From Candidatus Bathyarchaeota archaeon (GTDB lineage: Archaea; Thermoproteota; Bathyarchaeia; Bathyarchaeales; Bathycorpusculaceae), in assembly GCA_963767735.1 (NCBI GenBank), contig CAVYES010000002.1:1-64000 (forward strand): DNA of 64,000 nt, written 5' to 3'. The translations under genes and the position numbers were made by a program. This document shows, piece by piece, positions 21,859-31,515 of the stretch. Below the pieces are notes generated by a model that did not search any database, was not told where the DNA came from, and was given only the letters and a program-made list of their open reading frames with translations. How positions within the stretch are numbered: the first letter of the stretch is position 1; every line of letters starts with the position of its first letter.

Positions 21859-23142
21859 TTATGGGTAAAACCTGCGGGTTGTTCTTGGAAACGGAATAGC
21901 ATCGATGATGTTGTCGAGGTCGAGCATCCAAGTTAACAATCCTTCCAGTCCCATGCCGAAGCCAACATGGGGCACGGTTTCGTAGCGTCGTAAATCAAGG
22001 TACCACTCGTAGTCCTCAGGTTTCAAGCCCTGCGCCTTCATGCGTTGAATAAGTATGTCTTTGTTTTCCTTTCTGGCTCCGCCCGTGCTGATTTCGCCGA
22101 TTCGGGGTACCATCATATCCACCGACATCGCAATTTCTGGGTGATCTTGGTAGGTTTTGCAGTAAAACGCCTAAATCTCTGTGGGGTAATCGTAAACGAA
22201 GAAGGGTTTGCCGAAGTCTTCAGCTAAAACCTTCTCGTCCCCGTACCCCAAGTCAGCGCCCCAGCTTAACGCGGGATTTTTCACTTTTAGCCTATCGATG
22301 GCTTCAGCATAAGTTATACGGGGAAACGGAGTCTGCACAGTTTTGAGTTTGTTTAAGTCAGCACCTATCTCTGTAAACTCTTTTTGGCAAGTGTCGCCGA
22401 TGGTTTTGCAGACGTGCTTCATCATGCCTTCTTCAAACTTCATCAAATCATTCATGTCAGCGAAAGGCCATTCGGCTTCCATGTGCCAGTACTCAGTTAA
22501 ATGCCGAATTGTCCTGCTTTTTTCAGCGCGAAACGAAGGCGCAATGCAGTAAACGTTTTCAAGCGAGAAGATCAGAATTTCAAGGTAAAGCTGGCTGCTC
22601 TGCGTCAGGTATAGGTCTTGGTCGAAGTATTTTAAGCCGAAAAGTGTTGATCCGCCTTCAACTGCCGCGGAAATAAACATGGGCGGCGAAACCTCTGTGT
22701 AATCTTGCCTTTTGAAGTATTCGCGGGTTGCCTCTAATGTGTCAGTGCGGACCTTCATTTTTAAATTCATTTTTCGGCTGCGAAGCCAGAGGTGCCGCAT
22801 GTCGCGGATGAATTCTTCACTTTTGTCTTTCGCTATGGAGAAGGTTTGTGCTAAACCGATGATTGTGATGTTTTCTGCGCTTATTTCGTATCCGCCTGGG
22901 GCACGCTTGTCTTCTTTAACGGTGCCTTCAAGCGTCAATGAAGATTCGATTGTTAAGCGCTGCGCTTCCGTCCAACCAGGGTGACCTTTTTCACTGTGCA
23001 CTGGATTACTCCTGTGGAATCGCGGAGCACCAGGAAAATGAGTTCTTTGCCTTCACATTTTCGGTAAACCCAACTGCGAACCGTGACTTTCTGATCTGGA
23101 CAGCAGCCTTCTAATATTTTGCCTATTTTTCGCTAAAGCCAT
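21859..23142 (-). pseudogene. asnS: asparagine--tRNA ligase pseudogene
   Basis: RHLWLRS, EGGSTLF, YLTQSSQLY, FRAEKSRT.RHLTE, WYLDLRRY motifs; at least three frameshifts plus substitutions in conserved motifs (GLEGLL for G.ER). Confidence 0.85.
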
Positions 23143-23230
23143 TCAGTATCAACCGTTTCCTGTAATACCCAATTTCAAGCCTAAATGCCTATCGATTAAT
23201 ACAATCCGATTTTATATATCCGCTAAACCA

Positions 23231-23413
23231 GTGAATCCGTCTTCGCGCATTTTAGTCAAAAACGTTTTGATACTGCAGAATAAACCAGCTTCCTTTAGGG
23301 TACTTTTAAGATTTCATTGACCTTCATTTTGAACTTCCAACAACTATCTGTGGAACACATAAAAGTTCCCTCTTCATCGCAGTTTTAAAATTAACGCTTC
23401 GACATAAAGTCAA
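23231..23413 (-). pseudogene. AbrB/MraZ-like gene remnant (element copy A)
   Basis: TTG start; MTLCRSVNFKTAMKRELLCVPQIV/WKFKMKVNEILKV/LKEAGLFCSIKTFLTKMREDG, aligns with ORF 53673. Confidence 0.7.
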
Positions 23414-23421
23414 TTTAAACC

Positions 23422-23485
23422 CTTCCAATACTTTCTAGTACGCTTAGATACACAATGATACGCTTAGGTACTTTTGGGTACTTTT
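23422..23485 (-). repeat. 10-bp-period degenerate direct-repeat array (6 units, GTAY core on the minus strand)
   Basis: RTAC at 23428, 23438, 23448, 23458, 23468 and 23478 on the plus strand. Confidence 0.8.
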
Positions 23486-23759
23486 CTAACCTCAACCTAC
23501 AAACAATTCAAGCTCCAAATCAAAAAAGCAAGGCAAAACAAACTGGTCAAAAAAACAAAATTGATAATTGTTGTTCTATCAAACAATCAAATTTTGGAAA
23601 TTCGTTGCAAGTTTGAGTTGATTTAATAGTTTGGGAAAATAAACGTGGCTTATTACCGATTTACTTATTGCAATCAGCCTAAAATGGAAAATTTGGAAAG
23701 AAACCTTAAGTTGACTGAAATCTTGCTTTAAAGCGCTTTTTAAATGAATTGGCTTCCTC

Positions 23760-25013
23760 TTATTTTTCTTTGATGCTGGGTTCGTAAACTCTCCAAAAAA
23801 CAAAGATTGAAAGAGGTACTGCGGATGCCGCCAGCAAGAGGAAGGGCAGTTGAGGCGACACAAACGCGTAAAGCACCCCGATTAGAACTTGGAAGGCTGC
23901 TTGCGCTATGAACATGAAGAATTGCAGGCATCCGATGGCTGTTCCTCTTATGTTGCGGGGGATTAAGTCGCCCATTAGGACTTGGTAGCTGTTTAGCTGA
24001 AGCAAATTGCCGAGGCCAAAAAAGAAAAAGGCAAGTAGCAGCGTGTCAAAGTTGGCGTGTATGAAGAGCAGCATGCCTGGAACATACAGTAGATAGCCCA
24101 GTATGAGGAAGCGTTTTCTGCCCATGACGTCCATGCTGAACCCCGCAAGGATGGCTGGGATGGATATGGTCAGGTACATGAAAGCTAGCACAATCGCCCA
24201 CTGCGTCAGCGACATTTTAAGGATGGAGGTTGCGTAAACTACAAAGTATGTTTGGCAGCCAACAACTAACCCGTTTATGATTATAATGGCTACAAAAAGG
24301 TTAAAAGCGGATTTCGGAAGCTTGCGCCAAACATAGATGCTCTCCTTCACAGATTTCGGGTAAGCTCTCAAAGCACTAATAAAGCTCGGGCGCTCCTCCG
24401 CGTCTTTACTGGGCAATGTCTCTTTAAGCCTAAGCCTTAGAACCGCAATACCAAAATACATTACCGCCACAATCGTGTAGCCAATACGCATGCCCAAATC
24501 AAAGTGAAAAACGACAACTAAGAACTGCGCTATAAGCGGCGCAGGCAGAATAACAATGGTTGAAACCACGGTCTGAAAACTGAAGCCAGCACCCCTGTTC
24601 TCCGGCGCCAAAGAATCCAGATCCATAGCCATCAGCGCTGGACCATAAATAGAGCACAAGTTTTGTATCAGAATCCCCAGCAGCAGAAAAGGCCACGACG
24701 GAGCAAAAATGAAAAACATTGTTCCAACGCCCAACCCGAAAGTCATAGTGACGATAAGCCATCTTCTGCCATGCTTATCAGCCAAGTAGCCGCCTGGAAA
24801 CTGCACCAGAGCAACTGCAATTGAACCCGCAAACCCCATGATTGAAATCAAAAACACGTTAGCGCCTAAATGCAGATAGAATAGGCTGGCATATGTGTCT
24901 GGGATGGGCTGCGCAAAAAACATGATAATCCAACTTATTGTTATGAGAAGAAAGTTTCCTCTTAGAACGGCTGAGTCTCCGCGGAAAAGCGCTGACAGCT
25001 TCATTATTCTCAA
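23760..25013 (-). CDS. MFS transporter
   Basis: Motif A GGYLADKHGRR and second-half G..MD..GRKR; about 12 TM helices. Confidence 0.92.
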   Translation of the reverse strand: MRIMKLSALFRGDSAVLRGNFLLITISWIIMFFAQPIPDTYASLFYLHLGANVFLISIMGFAGSIAVALVQFPGGYLADKHGRRWLIVTMTFGLGVGTMFFIFAPSWPFLLLGILIQNLCSIYGPALMAMDLDSLAPENRGAGFSFQTVVSTIVILPAPLIAQFLVVVFHFDLGMRIGYTIVAVMYFGIAVLRLRLKETLPSKDAEERPSFISALRAYPKSVKESIYVWRKLPKSAFNLFVAIIIINGLVVGCQTYFVVYATSILKMSLTQWAIVLAFMYLTISIPAILAGFSMDVMGRKRFLILGYLLYVPGMLLFIHANFDTLLLAFFFFGLGNLLQLNSYQVLMGDLIPRNIRGTAIGCLQFFMFIAQAAFQVLIGVLYAFVSPQLPFLLLAASAVPLSIFVFWRVYEPSIKEK

Positions 25014-25113
25014 GAAATCAGGACAAGCATTATTTAAATAAGATTGCTATTTTCTGCAACATAATAAAAAAATTATCTATTTTTGCAATCGCAATTCTTA
25101 AATCGCCCTCGCA

Positions 25114-26508
25114 ATGAGCATATTTAGATTAAAAGAATGCAAAGCTCTTCCGACGGATAAATATAAACTTCAAGCGTTGAAAATTGCAGCCATTGCAATC
25201 TTTAGCGTTGTAGTTGTAGAGCTTTCAATCGGCTTATTCGTTAATAGTTTAGCTATACAGAGCGACGGCTTACACGCGTTGCTTGATGTTGTGTCAACTG
25301 TTATGTTGTTTTTTGCGGTTCGTGCCTCAATTAAGCCTCCTGACGAAGAACACACTTACGGACACGAAAAGTTTGAAACCATAGGGGGACTCATAGGCGG
25401 AGTAGTCTTGATTGGAGTGGCATTCCTAATTTTTTATGAAGCAGCAGTCCGATTGATGGAGAATACGCAAGTCGTTAAGGGCGCAGAGTTTGCGGGGTTC
25501 ATTGCGATAGGGTACGCTATTTTTATTGCCTCATTAAGAGTCACTGTGTTCAGAAAAACGCAGCACATCGAAAGTCCCTCGATGAAAGTAGGTTTTTACG
25601 ACGCTATCTCAGATTTAAGCTCAACATTGCTTGCGCTGCTGGGTTTTGGCTTAGCTACCATAGGGTTCAATTACGGAGACGGCCTGGCATCAATATTCCT
25701 CGGAGCTATGCTTACGTATCTAAGCGTTAAACTTGTGCGATCCAGCGTTATGGACCTAAGTGACACGGCATCAAAGGAGCTGGTTCAGAAAACAAGAAAA
25801 GCGATTATTTCACACGAGGGCATCGTGAAAATTGAAAACCTGAAAGTTCGCAAAGTAAGCTCCAAAATTTTTGTTGACGCATCCGTGCAAGTTCCAAGCC
25901 ACATGCCCCTGGAAGAAGCACATTCTTTAGTTTCCACCATTGAAGCCGACTTGAAACAATCCCTTGGCAACGTAGACGCCACCATCCATATTGAACCATC
26001 GGAAAAAGAAACAAAAATGGACCAGCTAGTAGAAAAGCTGGCAACTGTTGAGGGTGTAAAAGAAGTTCATGAAATCTCCACAATTTACACTGGCGGTAAA
26101 TTCTACATTACATTGCACGCCTACGTGAACCCTGAATTGTCAGTTGAAGACGCACATAAAATCGCGGAGAATATCGAGCGGAGAATGAAAGCTGAGATTA
26201 ACCCCCTTGGAAACGTAACTGTACATATAGAACCGGCTGGTATAGCGATTCCCGCTGCCGAGGTAAACGAGACTCAGCTAAGCAAAGTCATTTACGAAGT
26301 TGCCAAAGGCATCGGCGGTAACCTGCGCATAAAACGAATAGTAACCTACACAGCTGCAGGTGAACGCTACATTAACATCGACTGCTGCTTCACCAAGCAG
26401 ATTCATATAAAAGAAGCACACAGCATCGCCTCACAGGTTGAGAAAGAAACAAAAGAGCGCTTTGCAAACGCGGTTGTCACAGTTCACATTGAACCCGAAT
26501 GCCCATAA
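25114..26508 (+). CDS. cation diffusion facilitator with three C-terminal dimerisation domains
   Basis: SDGLHALLD, KPPDEEHTYGHEKFE; three repeats of EAH......HIEP. Confidence 0.93.
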   Translation: MSIFRLKECKALPTDKYKLQALKIAAIAIFSVVVVELSIGLFVNSLAIQSDGLHALLDVVSTVMLFFAVRASIKPPDEEHTYGHEKFETIGGLIGGVVLIGVAFLIFYEAAVRLMENTQVVKGAEFAGFIAIGYAIFIASLRVTVFRKTQHIESPSMKVGFYDAISDLSSTLLALLGFGLATIGFNYGDGLASIFLGAMLTYLSVKLVRSSVMDLSDTASKELVQKTRKAIISHEGIVKIENLKVRKVSSKIFVDASVQVPSHMPLEEAHSLVSTIEADLKQSLGNVDATIHIEPSEKETKMDQLVEKLATVEGVKEVHEISTIYTGGKFYITLHAYVNPELSVEDAHKIAENIERRMKAEINPLGNVTVHIEPAGIAIPAAEVNETQLSKVIYEVAKGIGGNLRIKRIVTYTAAGERYINIDCCFTKQIHIKEAHSIASQVEKETKERFANAVVTVHIEPECP

Positions 26509-26653
26509 AAGACCTAGCATAGACTCTAAAAATCGCTTTACAATGAATTTGCATTATTTCAGCTACAGCGTGAAGAAAAACGGTTATTTTTCGAAAAAGA
26601 AAACACTTTAATGCTTATCGGCACATATTTCTCATTAAATTGGGAAGAGTGGT

Positions 26654-28915
26654 TTGGGAATGCTGTCTAAATCAGCTAAAGTTAAGTTGAAAGCGATTTT
26701 GATTATTGACCTTATAATTATTGCTTCGGCTGCGGGAACATACCTTTATCTTCAAAATACGGGCGTGATAGCATCGACTCCTAAAGCCGCCAAGTTTACC
26801 CTTACAAACCTTGTCATCGATCCGCCTGTAACAAACGTTACCGATGCAGTAGAACTTTCAGCTAACGTAACAAACGTCGGCGCTCTACAAGGCAACGAAA
26901 CGGTAAACCTTGAAATCAACAATGCAACAGCAGGCACAGAAAACGTGACGCTTGACGGCGGCGCGTCTCAACTTGTCCAATTCACCGAAATCGAAACAAC
27001 ACCGGGAAATTACACTGTTAAAGTCGGCGATTTGACGGGAATGTTTGTAGTTAACCCTGCTCCTCCTGGGTCAAGCAAAATAGTTTTATCCAATCTGAAT
27101 TTTAATCCATATGAAGCCTGGCCAAATCAACCAGTTAACGTAACCGCCACCGCAGAAAACCCCACCACGCAGTCAAGTAGCCTCTACGTTACGGTAACAG
27201 TGGACGGTACCGTGCAACAAGGCAGACTTATTCAAATGAACGCGAGTACAACCGAAACAATAGAATTCACGGTTAATGCGACAACAATGGGATATAACAC
27301 AGTCAAACTGAACACTTTAGGCGGGGAATTCTCGATCGTAAAGACTGGTTACCACACACTGATAATTAACAGGTCTGGCGGTGGCTCCAAGGCATTGCCC
27401 TTTACCCTAAACGGAGTCGTATATGCCACACCTTTCAGTCAGCTTTTGCCAGTAGGACAATACACCCTATCCTGTCCAAACCCCTTTAACGTTGGGACAG
27501 GAGTGTTAGCATTTGCCTCGTGGAGCGACGGAGAAACTACCGCATCAATTAGCTTCACGTTAAATGGACCGCTGATATTAGTTGCAACCTACAACTTAGT
27601 CAGCGGATATGCATCTTGCCCGTCGCTGTACACGTGGAATGGAACAGGCTACGCTTATGTCACTGACGTTTCAAACGCTGGCTGGTTAGGATACATAGGC
27701 TACATGACCAACAGCGGCACCATCGTCAACGTCGGAGGAAACCCATGGGACAACGTAAAACTTAACCCAAACTTGATGGCTGTAAAAAACATCGATGGCA
27801 CCAATTACTATGACATGACTCTTTTCCAACAAGCAGACGAACTCTTCTACTTAGACGCGGCATACCTGCTAGTTGTTGACCACCCAGCAGGCACTCAAGT
27901 TTACTCAAGTGTAACTAATTATCTAAACCCAGGCATGAACAATCAAATCTACACAGTTAACCAAACCAGCATAACAGCTCCAGTCAGCGCAACTTATGTT
28001 TGGGGACCAATCGGCACCACCGCGAAAGGCGAAAACGTTTTGCCTCAAATTTCAAAGATTGACGGAGTTTTCACACCCGGCAACAGTGGGCTTCTTAGTC
28101 CGTCATGGAACAACATCAACTTCAACCAGTTAACGCTTAACTTAGGCAATTTATCTAATGCGAGCCAAATCAAACTTGAAGTTAACGGCATCGTCGATTG
28201 GGGTACACCTCAACAATACGACAATTGGATAGCTCAATTTAACGCCGCAGCTGCCCAAGGATTAGTGGCAAATGGCACGCAAATTACGCCACCCTCAATT
28301 ATGGAGATTAAATATCCAAACGGAACGTGGGTTCCTGTTCCGCAAGATAGGCAGATGCCAATCCCTTCAGACTCTAACCCTAGAACGTTCGTGGTAGACT
28401 TAACCGGACTGTTCCCCGCAGGCTTAAGCGATTACCAGATTAAAATTCTCAATTCCTGGAATGTAACCTACGACTACATTGGAGTTGACACCACAACGCA
28501 GCAGAACATCACAATTCAAAAAATCAGCCCCATCGCTACTCTTAGCCAAGTGTGGACTTCCAACTCAACGTCCTCCGGAAACTTCACGAGATACGGTGAT
28601 GTAACGGCGCTGGTTCAAAGTGCAGACAATCAGTTTGTAATAGGACGACAAGGCGACGAGGTCACTTTGGACTTCCCAATCAGCAATCTAACGGCTCCTG
28701 CCCCAGGCATGGTAAGAGATTATTTCTTCTTTGTAGCGTGCTGGTTTAAAGATCCGCCGGGAGGATGGGGCTACGGATTCAGCTTTACTGTTGACCCACT
28801 GCCTTTCATGGGCATGAGCGGATTTCCATACACCACTGCTGAAAGCTACCCTTTTACCCCAGCGAACTTGGCATATCTGAAAACATACAATACTCGCGTA
28901 ATACCTCCACCTTAA
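26654..28915 (+). CDS. N-terminally anchored extracellular protein: two CARDB/Ig-like domains plus a large C-terminal module
   Basis: N-terminal TM, Ig-like V.N.G and NVT sequon-rich repeats, ASCPSLYTWNG motif, C-terminal DPLPFMGMSGFPY...YNTR. Confidence 0.8.
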   Translation: MGMLSKSAKVKLKAILIIDLIIIASAAGTYLYLQNTGVIASTPKAAKFTLTNLVIDPPVTNVTDAVELSANVTNVGALQGNETVNLEINNATAGTENVTLDGGASQLVQFTEIETTPGNYTVKVGDLTGMFVVNPAPPGSSKIVLSNLNFNPYEAWPNQPVNVTATAENPTTQSSSLYVTVTVDGTVQQGRLIQMNASTTETIEFTVNATTMGYNTVKLNTLGGEFSIVKTGYHTLIINRSGGGSKALPFTLNGVVYATPFSQLLPVGQYTLSCPNPFNVGTGVLAFASWSDGETTASISFTLNGPLILVATYNLVSGYASCPSLYTWNGTGYAYVTDVSNAGWLGYIGYMTNSGTIVNVGGNPWDNVKLNPNLMAVKNIDGTNYYDMTLFQQADELFYLDAAYLLVVDHPAGTQVYSSVTNYLNPGMNNQIYTVNQTSITAPVSATYVWGPIGTTAKGENVLPQISKIDGVFTPGNSGLLSPSWNNINFNQLTLNLGNLSNASQIKLEVNGIVDWGTPQQYDNWIAQFNAAAAQGLVANGTQITPPSIMEIKYPNGTWVPVPQDRQMPIPSDSNPRTFVVDLTGLFPAGLSDYQIKILNSWNVTYDYIGVDTTTQQNITIQKISPIATLSQVWTSNSTSSGNFTRYGDVTALVQSADNQFVIGRQGDEVTLDFPISNLTAPAPGMVRDYFFFVACWFKDPPGGWGYGFSFTVDPLPFMGMSGFPYTTAESYPFTPANLAYLKTYNTRVIPPP

Positions 28916-29182
28916 TAACCCAATTTTCTTCTAAAACCTAAAAAAAGCGATGAGACTACAAAGAAATGCAAGATTTAAAAGGTGCTCTTCATATTTTTAG
29001 TATCTAAAATCCATCGAGACCTCTGCATGTTGTATACATCAAACGGGGCTAATCCCTTCCATGAAGCGTTTGCTTATGTTTCATATGGATTAGCTTGTTG
29101 TTTTACCCAGATTTTAATGCTTGAATTTGTATATTGATAAACTCATAATCAAAATAACGGTAATCAGAATGGCGGGAAAAGG

Positions 29183-30166
29183 ATGATTTGGGAAATCATA
29201 GGCGACATGCTAAGACTTTCCGTGCTTGCAGGACTTGGGGTAGCGGGCATTCTTGCCATTTTGATATGGAAAAAGAATTTGTCGTCAAGAATAACGTACA
29301 TTAGGCTGGTCATTCAGGCAGTTGCTTTCGCAGCCTTATTTTATGTATTCTCCTATACTATTCCGCTGCTCTACGTGCTGGTCGTTGTTTTTGCGATGAC
29401 TATTTTTTTAGGTCGGCTATACTGCGGGTGGTTTTGCCCATTTGGCTTAGTCATGGATTTAGTGATTCCCTTAAGAAAAGCGTTCGGCATCCGTTACCGA
29501 AACGTTCCAGAAAAACTAAACAAAATCCTGCATCAATCAAGATACGTAATCCTGCTGTTTTTCTTGTCTGTACCTATTGCCTTATGGCTTAAGCAGCCTC
29601 CTCAAAACCTCAACTTTGCCGTTGTTATGGCGCAGCTTTTAGCAGGTCCCTTCCGACCCTACAGCATTATGCTTGACCCACTAATCCCAATAGTTGTTCC
29701 TTGGAAAACCAGTGCAGTAAGTCTTTTCCAAGTTAACTTTACTTTCCCCTACGTTCAAGATATTCTGAACTATGCGGGTCAAAATATCGGTGAAATAATC
29801 GCGGTTGCTTTTATCGGTGTGACATTAGTAGGCTCATTCTTTGTTAGGCGAGTTTGGTGTCGTTTCTGCCCAACAGGCGCCTCATTAGCTGTTGTGAATA
29901 GATTTAGCGGTTTCAAGTGGGCACCTTTGCTTCATATCGAAAAAGATGAGGAAAAATGTACAAAATGCGGCGTTTGCAAGAGGGTTTGTCAATCGCAAGT
30001 TACCGAAGTGTACGAGCAGAAGGGAGGAAAAATAGACACTTCAATGTGCATGTTATGCTTACGTTGCACTGAAATGTGCCCCTACGAAGATGCCTTGAAA
30101 GTGAAGCTTGGAAATAAAACAGTGTTCAAATCAAGAAACTGGCTGGAACCATCAACGAGTGAGTGA
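29183..30166 (+). CDS. NapH/MauN-type membrane 4Fe-4S binding protein
   Basis: GRLYCGWFCPFG and RVWCRFCPTG motifs, TM helices, two CxxCxxCxxxC clusters at the C-terminus. Confidence 0.92.
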   Translation: MIWEIIGDMLRLSVLAGLGVAGILAILIWKKNLSSRITYIRLVIQAVAFAALFYVFSYTIPLLYVLVVVFAMTIFLGRLYCGWFCPFGLVMDLVIPLRKAFGIRYRNVPEKLNKILHQSRYVILLFFLSVPIALWLKQPPQNLNFAVVMAQLLAGPFRPYSIMLDPLIPIVVPWKTSAVSLFQVNFTFPYVQDILNYAGQNIGEIIAVAFIGVTLVGSFFVRRVWCRFCPTGASLAVVNRFSGFKWAPLLHIEKDEEKCTKCGVCKRVCQSQVTEVYEQKGGKIDTSMCMLCLRCTEMCPYEDALKVKLGNKTVFKSRNWLEPSTSE

Positions 30167-31506
30167 AAGAAAAAATGAAAAACGAAAAAATTGAAAAGAA
30201 ATACACGCCTGAAATTTCTTCCAAAGAGATAGAAGAACTTAGAAGCACAATCAAAACGGCATCGCAGAAGATAATGGCTGAGAACATTGAGCACATGAAA
30301 AAAACTGACCCAAACAGACCCGAAGCCATGAAGTATTTTGATGAAATCGCAGACTTGTTTGGCAAACGGCAAACTGAGATTGCTGCTGAGAAGGAAAAGG
30401 GAAAGAAAGTTATCGGTTACATGTGCTTGTTTGCTCCGACCGAGTTAATTTTAGCAGCCGACGCCATCCCAGTCAGGGTAAATTCAGGTTGGTATGATAC
30501 CTCTAAAATAGGCGACAGGGTTGTGCCAGTGGAGGTTTGTCCAGTTATTCGTTCAACTATAGGCGCTAAAATGATTGAGCTTTCGCCTTTTCTTGAGATG
30601 AGCGATGCTTTGATTAGTGTTTTAACATGTGACGGAATGACTAAACTGGGCGAAATTTTAAGCGATTACAAAACCGTTTGGGGAATGAATATTCCAAGGG
30701 TTAAAGACGCCAATAATTCACTTCGTTTTTGGAACGATGAAATAAGACGCATGAAAACGCAAATTGAGGAATTAACTGGAAACAAAATTACACGGAAAAG
30801 CTTGAAAGCGGCTATTGAGCAGACGCAGAAGGCAACAAAAGCTTTTCGCCGCCTTCAGGATTTACGTAAAGGTCAACCAGTAATTATGGGCAGAGACGCC
30901 ATGCTGGTGAACCAAACGTATTTGTGGGATGACAAAGTCCGGTGGACAGAAAAAACTGAGGCATTGTGCGAGGAACTTGAAAAAAGAGTTGAAAAAAAAG
31001 AGTGGGCTTGTTCACCCGATGCTCCACGGGTACTATTAACGGGTACACCGATGTTTTGGCCTGATAACTGGAAGCTTCCAACCTTAGTGGAAGAAGCAAA
31101 TCCTAAAGGCATCGTTGTCGCAGATGAACTGTGTTCAGGCGAGAGAATTCTCATCGACCCAGTGGGCATAGATGAATGGACCATGGATGACATGCTTAAC
31201 GCTATTGGAGAGCGGCATCTTATGGCTTCAACTTGCCCCTGCTTTACTTCAGGCGACGGAAACGAAGACCGAATCAACTGGCTGCTAAACAAGGTTAAAG
31301 AATGGAATGTTCAAGGCGTAATTTACTATGTGGTACGGGGCTGTATGCTCTACGCGATGGAGTACACCAGAATCAAGAAAGTTCTTGACAATATAAATAT
31401 CCCCATGTACTATCTTGACACAGAGTACACTAGAGAAGACGTTGGACAAATGAAGACACGTGTTGAAGCGTTCCTTGAAATGTTAACTGCAAGAGTAGAC
31501 TTCTAA
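30163..31506 (+). CDS. 2-hydroxyacyl-CoA dehydratase/benzoyl-CoA reductase superfamily protein, double-cubane (DCCP)-like
   Basis: Six spaced Cys motifs: YMCLFAPTE, VCPVIRS, LTCDG, DELCSGER, TCPCF, GCMLY; C-terminal TRVEAFLEM. Confidence 0.85.
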   Translation: MKEKMKNEKIEKKYTPEISSKEIEELRSTIKTASQKIMAENIEHMKKTDPNRPEAMKYFDEIADLFGKRQTEIAAEKEKGKKVIGYMCLFAPTELILAADAIPVRVNSGWYDTSKIGDRVVPVEVCPVIRSTIGAKMIELSPFLEMSDALISVLTCDGMTKLGEILSDYKTVWGMNIPRVKDANNSLRFWNDEIRRMKTQIEELTGNKITRKSLKAAIEQTQKATKAFRRLQDLRKGQPVIMGRDAMLVNQTYLWDDKVRWTEKTEALCEELEKRVEKKEWACSPDAPRVLLTGTPMFWPDNWKLPTLVEEANPKGIVVADELCSGERILIDPVGIDEWTMDDMLNAIGERHLMASTCPCFTSGDGNEDRINWLLNKVKEWNVQGVIYYVVRGCMLYAMEYTRIKKVLDNINIPMYYLDTEYTREDVGQMKTRVEAFLEMLTARVDF

Positions 31507-31515
31507 GGTGACCTT

